From assembly GCA_001179505.1 (NCBI GenBank), contig CDMY01000227.1:1-64000 (forward strand): DNA of 64,000 nucleotides, given 5' to 3'. The first letter of the stretch is position 1, and every line of letters starts with the position of its first letter. Of the stretch, positions 62,401 to 64,000 are shown piece by piece. The position numbers were made by a program, and so were the translations under genes. This stretch comes from Vitrella brassicaformis CCMP3155 (taxonomy: Eukaryota > Protista > Chromerida). The notes below the pieces were generated by a model. The model ran no database searches, was not told the origin of the DNA, and saw only the letters and a program-made list of their open reading frames with translations.

Positions 62401-64000
62401 CAATGCCATACCCCCCCTCACACGCCCCCGACACCCACACCCAGACCGACACGGAAGAGATGGTGCAGCGGCTGCGTGCGGCCGTGCAGGAGAAGAACGC
62501 TCTGCGGATGGAGCTGGACGTCCTCAAGGAGCAGCGACGCTTCAGCCTCATCGACGGCATCAGCGACGGCAACTCGCCTACACGTCATGGCACAGCGACA
62601 GCAGCGGCGGCAGCAGCAGCAGCGGCATCAGGAGCACTCTCTGACACCGTCCTGTCGCCCAGAGATGGAGTGGGACTGGGGGTGACAGATACGGGTGGAG
62701 AGGGGGTTGGTGAGGCGCAGCCGATGCCGCCCCGTGTTGGCAACGGGCGGGGCCCCGCGCTGCCCACCCTTATGGAGGAGAAGGACGAGGAAGAGATGGT
62801 GGCCGACAAATCGCCAGCTGCCCCCTCGGTGCCACCTGAGCAGATTGCCCTCCACTCACACCCACCCCCTCCACCAGCACCCAAGACCGAAGACGCCCCT
62901 CCCCCATCCCTAGCCTCACTCACACAGCCACAGCCACAGGCCCAGTTGCAGCAGCAGCGGCCGAGGGAGAAGGAGACCATTCTCAAGCGTGAAGACGACC
63001 AAGGGGCGGCGTTGCCGACACCTGTAGACAGCCGCAATGAGGGAATGCAGGAGGCGGGAGAGGAAGAGGATGAGGGAGATGGGGAGGAGTCGCCAGAGGG
63101 CGGGGGCCAGGAGGACGGCGGGCAGGCAGACATCATCTCACACCAACCCCCGCCTGGCCCACCACCATCACTGGCACCACCAGCCGCAGCAGCAGTAGTC
63201 ATGAAGGAGGTCCACCCGTCGTCGATGGGCGGTCGTCAGGAGACGGCGGAGACCGCTTCATCGGCTGGAGGGGGAGAGGCGGCCACCGTGGCCGTGGGAC
63301 GTGTCAAGGAGGAGACAGAGGGCCTGGGTGCTGCGAGCGCGTCGGCGACCGGGGCGATGGCGTCCGTCCAGGTAGTGGATGGTGGCGGGAATATCATGCT
63401 GTTGGTATCTATGTGTGTGTGTGCTGTCGTGTGTGTGCGTGAGAAGCCGCTGCAGCGCATTCGTGGGATGATATGTTCGTCTACCGAGAAGCTGCGTCGG
63501 GTGCGGGGTGCGGCGGAGGATCCTGAGCTGGAGGGGCAGATCAAAAGGATACTCGCTAAGGACATATTCGAGTAACTCAGCCAGCCAATCAGCGAGACAC
63601 AATGGCTCAGCACCATATCGGTGTGTGCTCTCTGTCTGCTCCAATGTCAGCTCTACAGTGCGCCGCATCGGCCCCGGCCTGTTCCAGTTTGGAGAATTCA
63701 CCTGCAAGGTACCCAAATCGACAACACCACACACGCACTCACACCCAACACACAGACCGCCCCAGCATCAACTGTGCCATCTCCTGTCCACCCGTCACCT
63801 ACGTCAGGTCCGTTTTGTAGCCGGCAGCCGCACCCAACTGGAGGCCTGTCTCGTCCATGACGCGCCTGCTCTCACCACCACCACCACAGCCGGCCCCCTC
63901 ACCCAGCGCGACGGCAGCCCACGCGAGGGCCCCTACAGCGACTTTGAGGTGTTTGTCAAGTTCCTCAACAGCGAGCGGTCCCGGGGCATGACCGACAGGT
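59456..64000 (+). CDS. Large coiled-coil protein with possible C-terminal GAR-like domain; runs off the window end
   Basis: Low-complexity first ORF and coiled-coil exons (IIEKLRNRKRELKARAEESEEK, ELRKELFSLQSELEQHK). Splicing past 63575 gives DSTVRRIGPGLFQFGEFTCK-VRFVAG...DFEVFVKFL. Confidence 0.65.

Noticed and set aside
1-64000. tRNA, rRNA, CRISPR or telomeric repeats, and the many (AC)n/(GATG)n-derived ORFs
   Set aside because: No cloverleaf, rRNA motif, repeat-spacer array or telomeric tract seen by eye. Most short ORFs are intronic microsatellites or antisense shadows of GC-rich genes.

Overview
GC-rich eukaryotic genomic DNA, gene-dense and intron-rich. Introns are short and filled with (AC)n, (GATG)n and (AGAC)n microsatellites. 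This style and the gene content suggest a chromerid alveolate such as Vitrella brassicaformis (inference, not checked). Recognisable genes: a calcium-dependent protein kinase, CTR9, a damaged ankyrin/TRP-type channel, a TTLL6/13-like polyglutamylase, a MAPEG protein, CSN6, ADF/cofilin, RPT5, COA6, a DFR-like SDR and an NmrA-like protein. The rest are lineage-specific hypothetical genes, many in head-to-head pairs. The most unusual items: (1) a TRP-like gene in which ankyrin-coding sequence runs out of frame into the S4-S5 linker, leaving a possible pore-only ORF; (2) a CUE-domain gene nested antisense in one of its introns; (3) a solitary CRE-type zinc-knuckle/restriction-like endonuclease ORF with no reverse transcriptase; (4) a ~120-nt inverted-repeat hairpin; (5) a ~430-bp non-coding element present twice; (6) a paralog pair whose exons look more diverged than their introns, with the second copy fused to a kinase that is cut at its DFG-position motif. 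I saw no rRNA, tRNA or CRISPR arrays. All exon joins were parsed by hand, so gene boundaries are approximate where stated.
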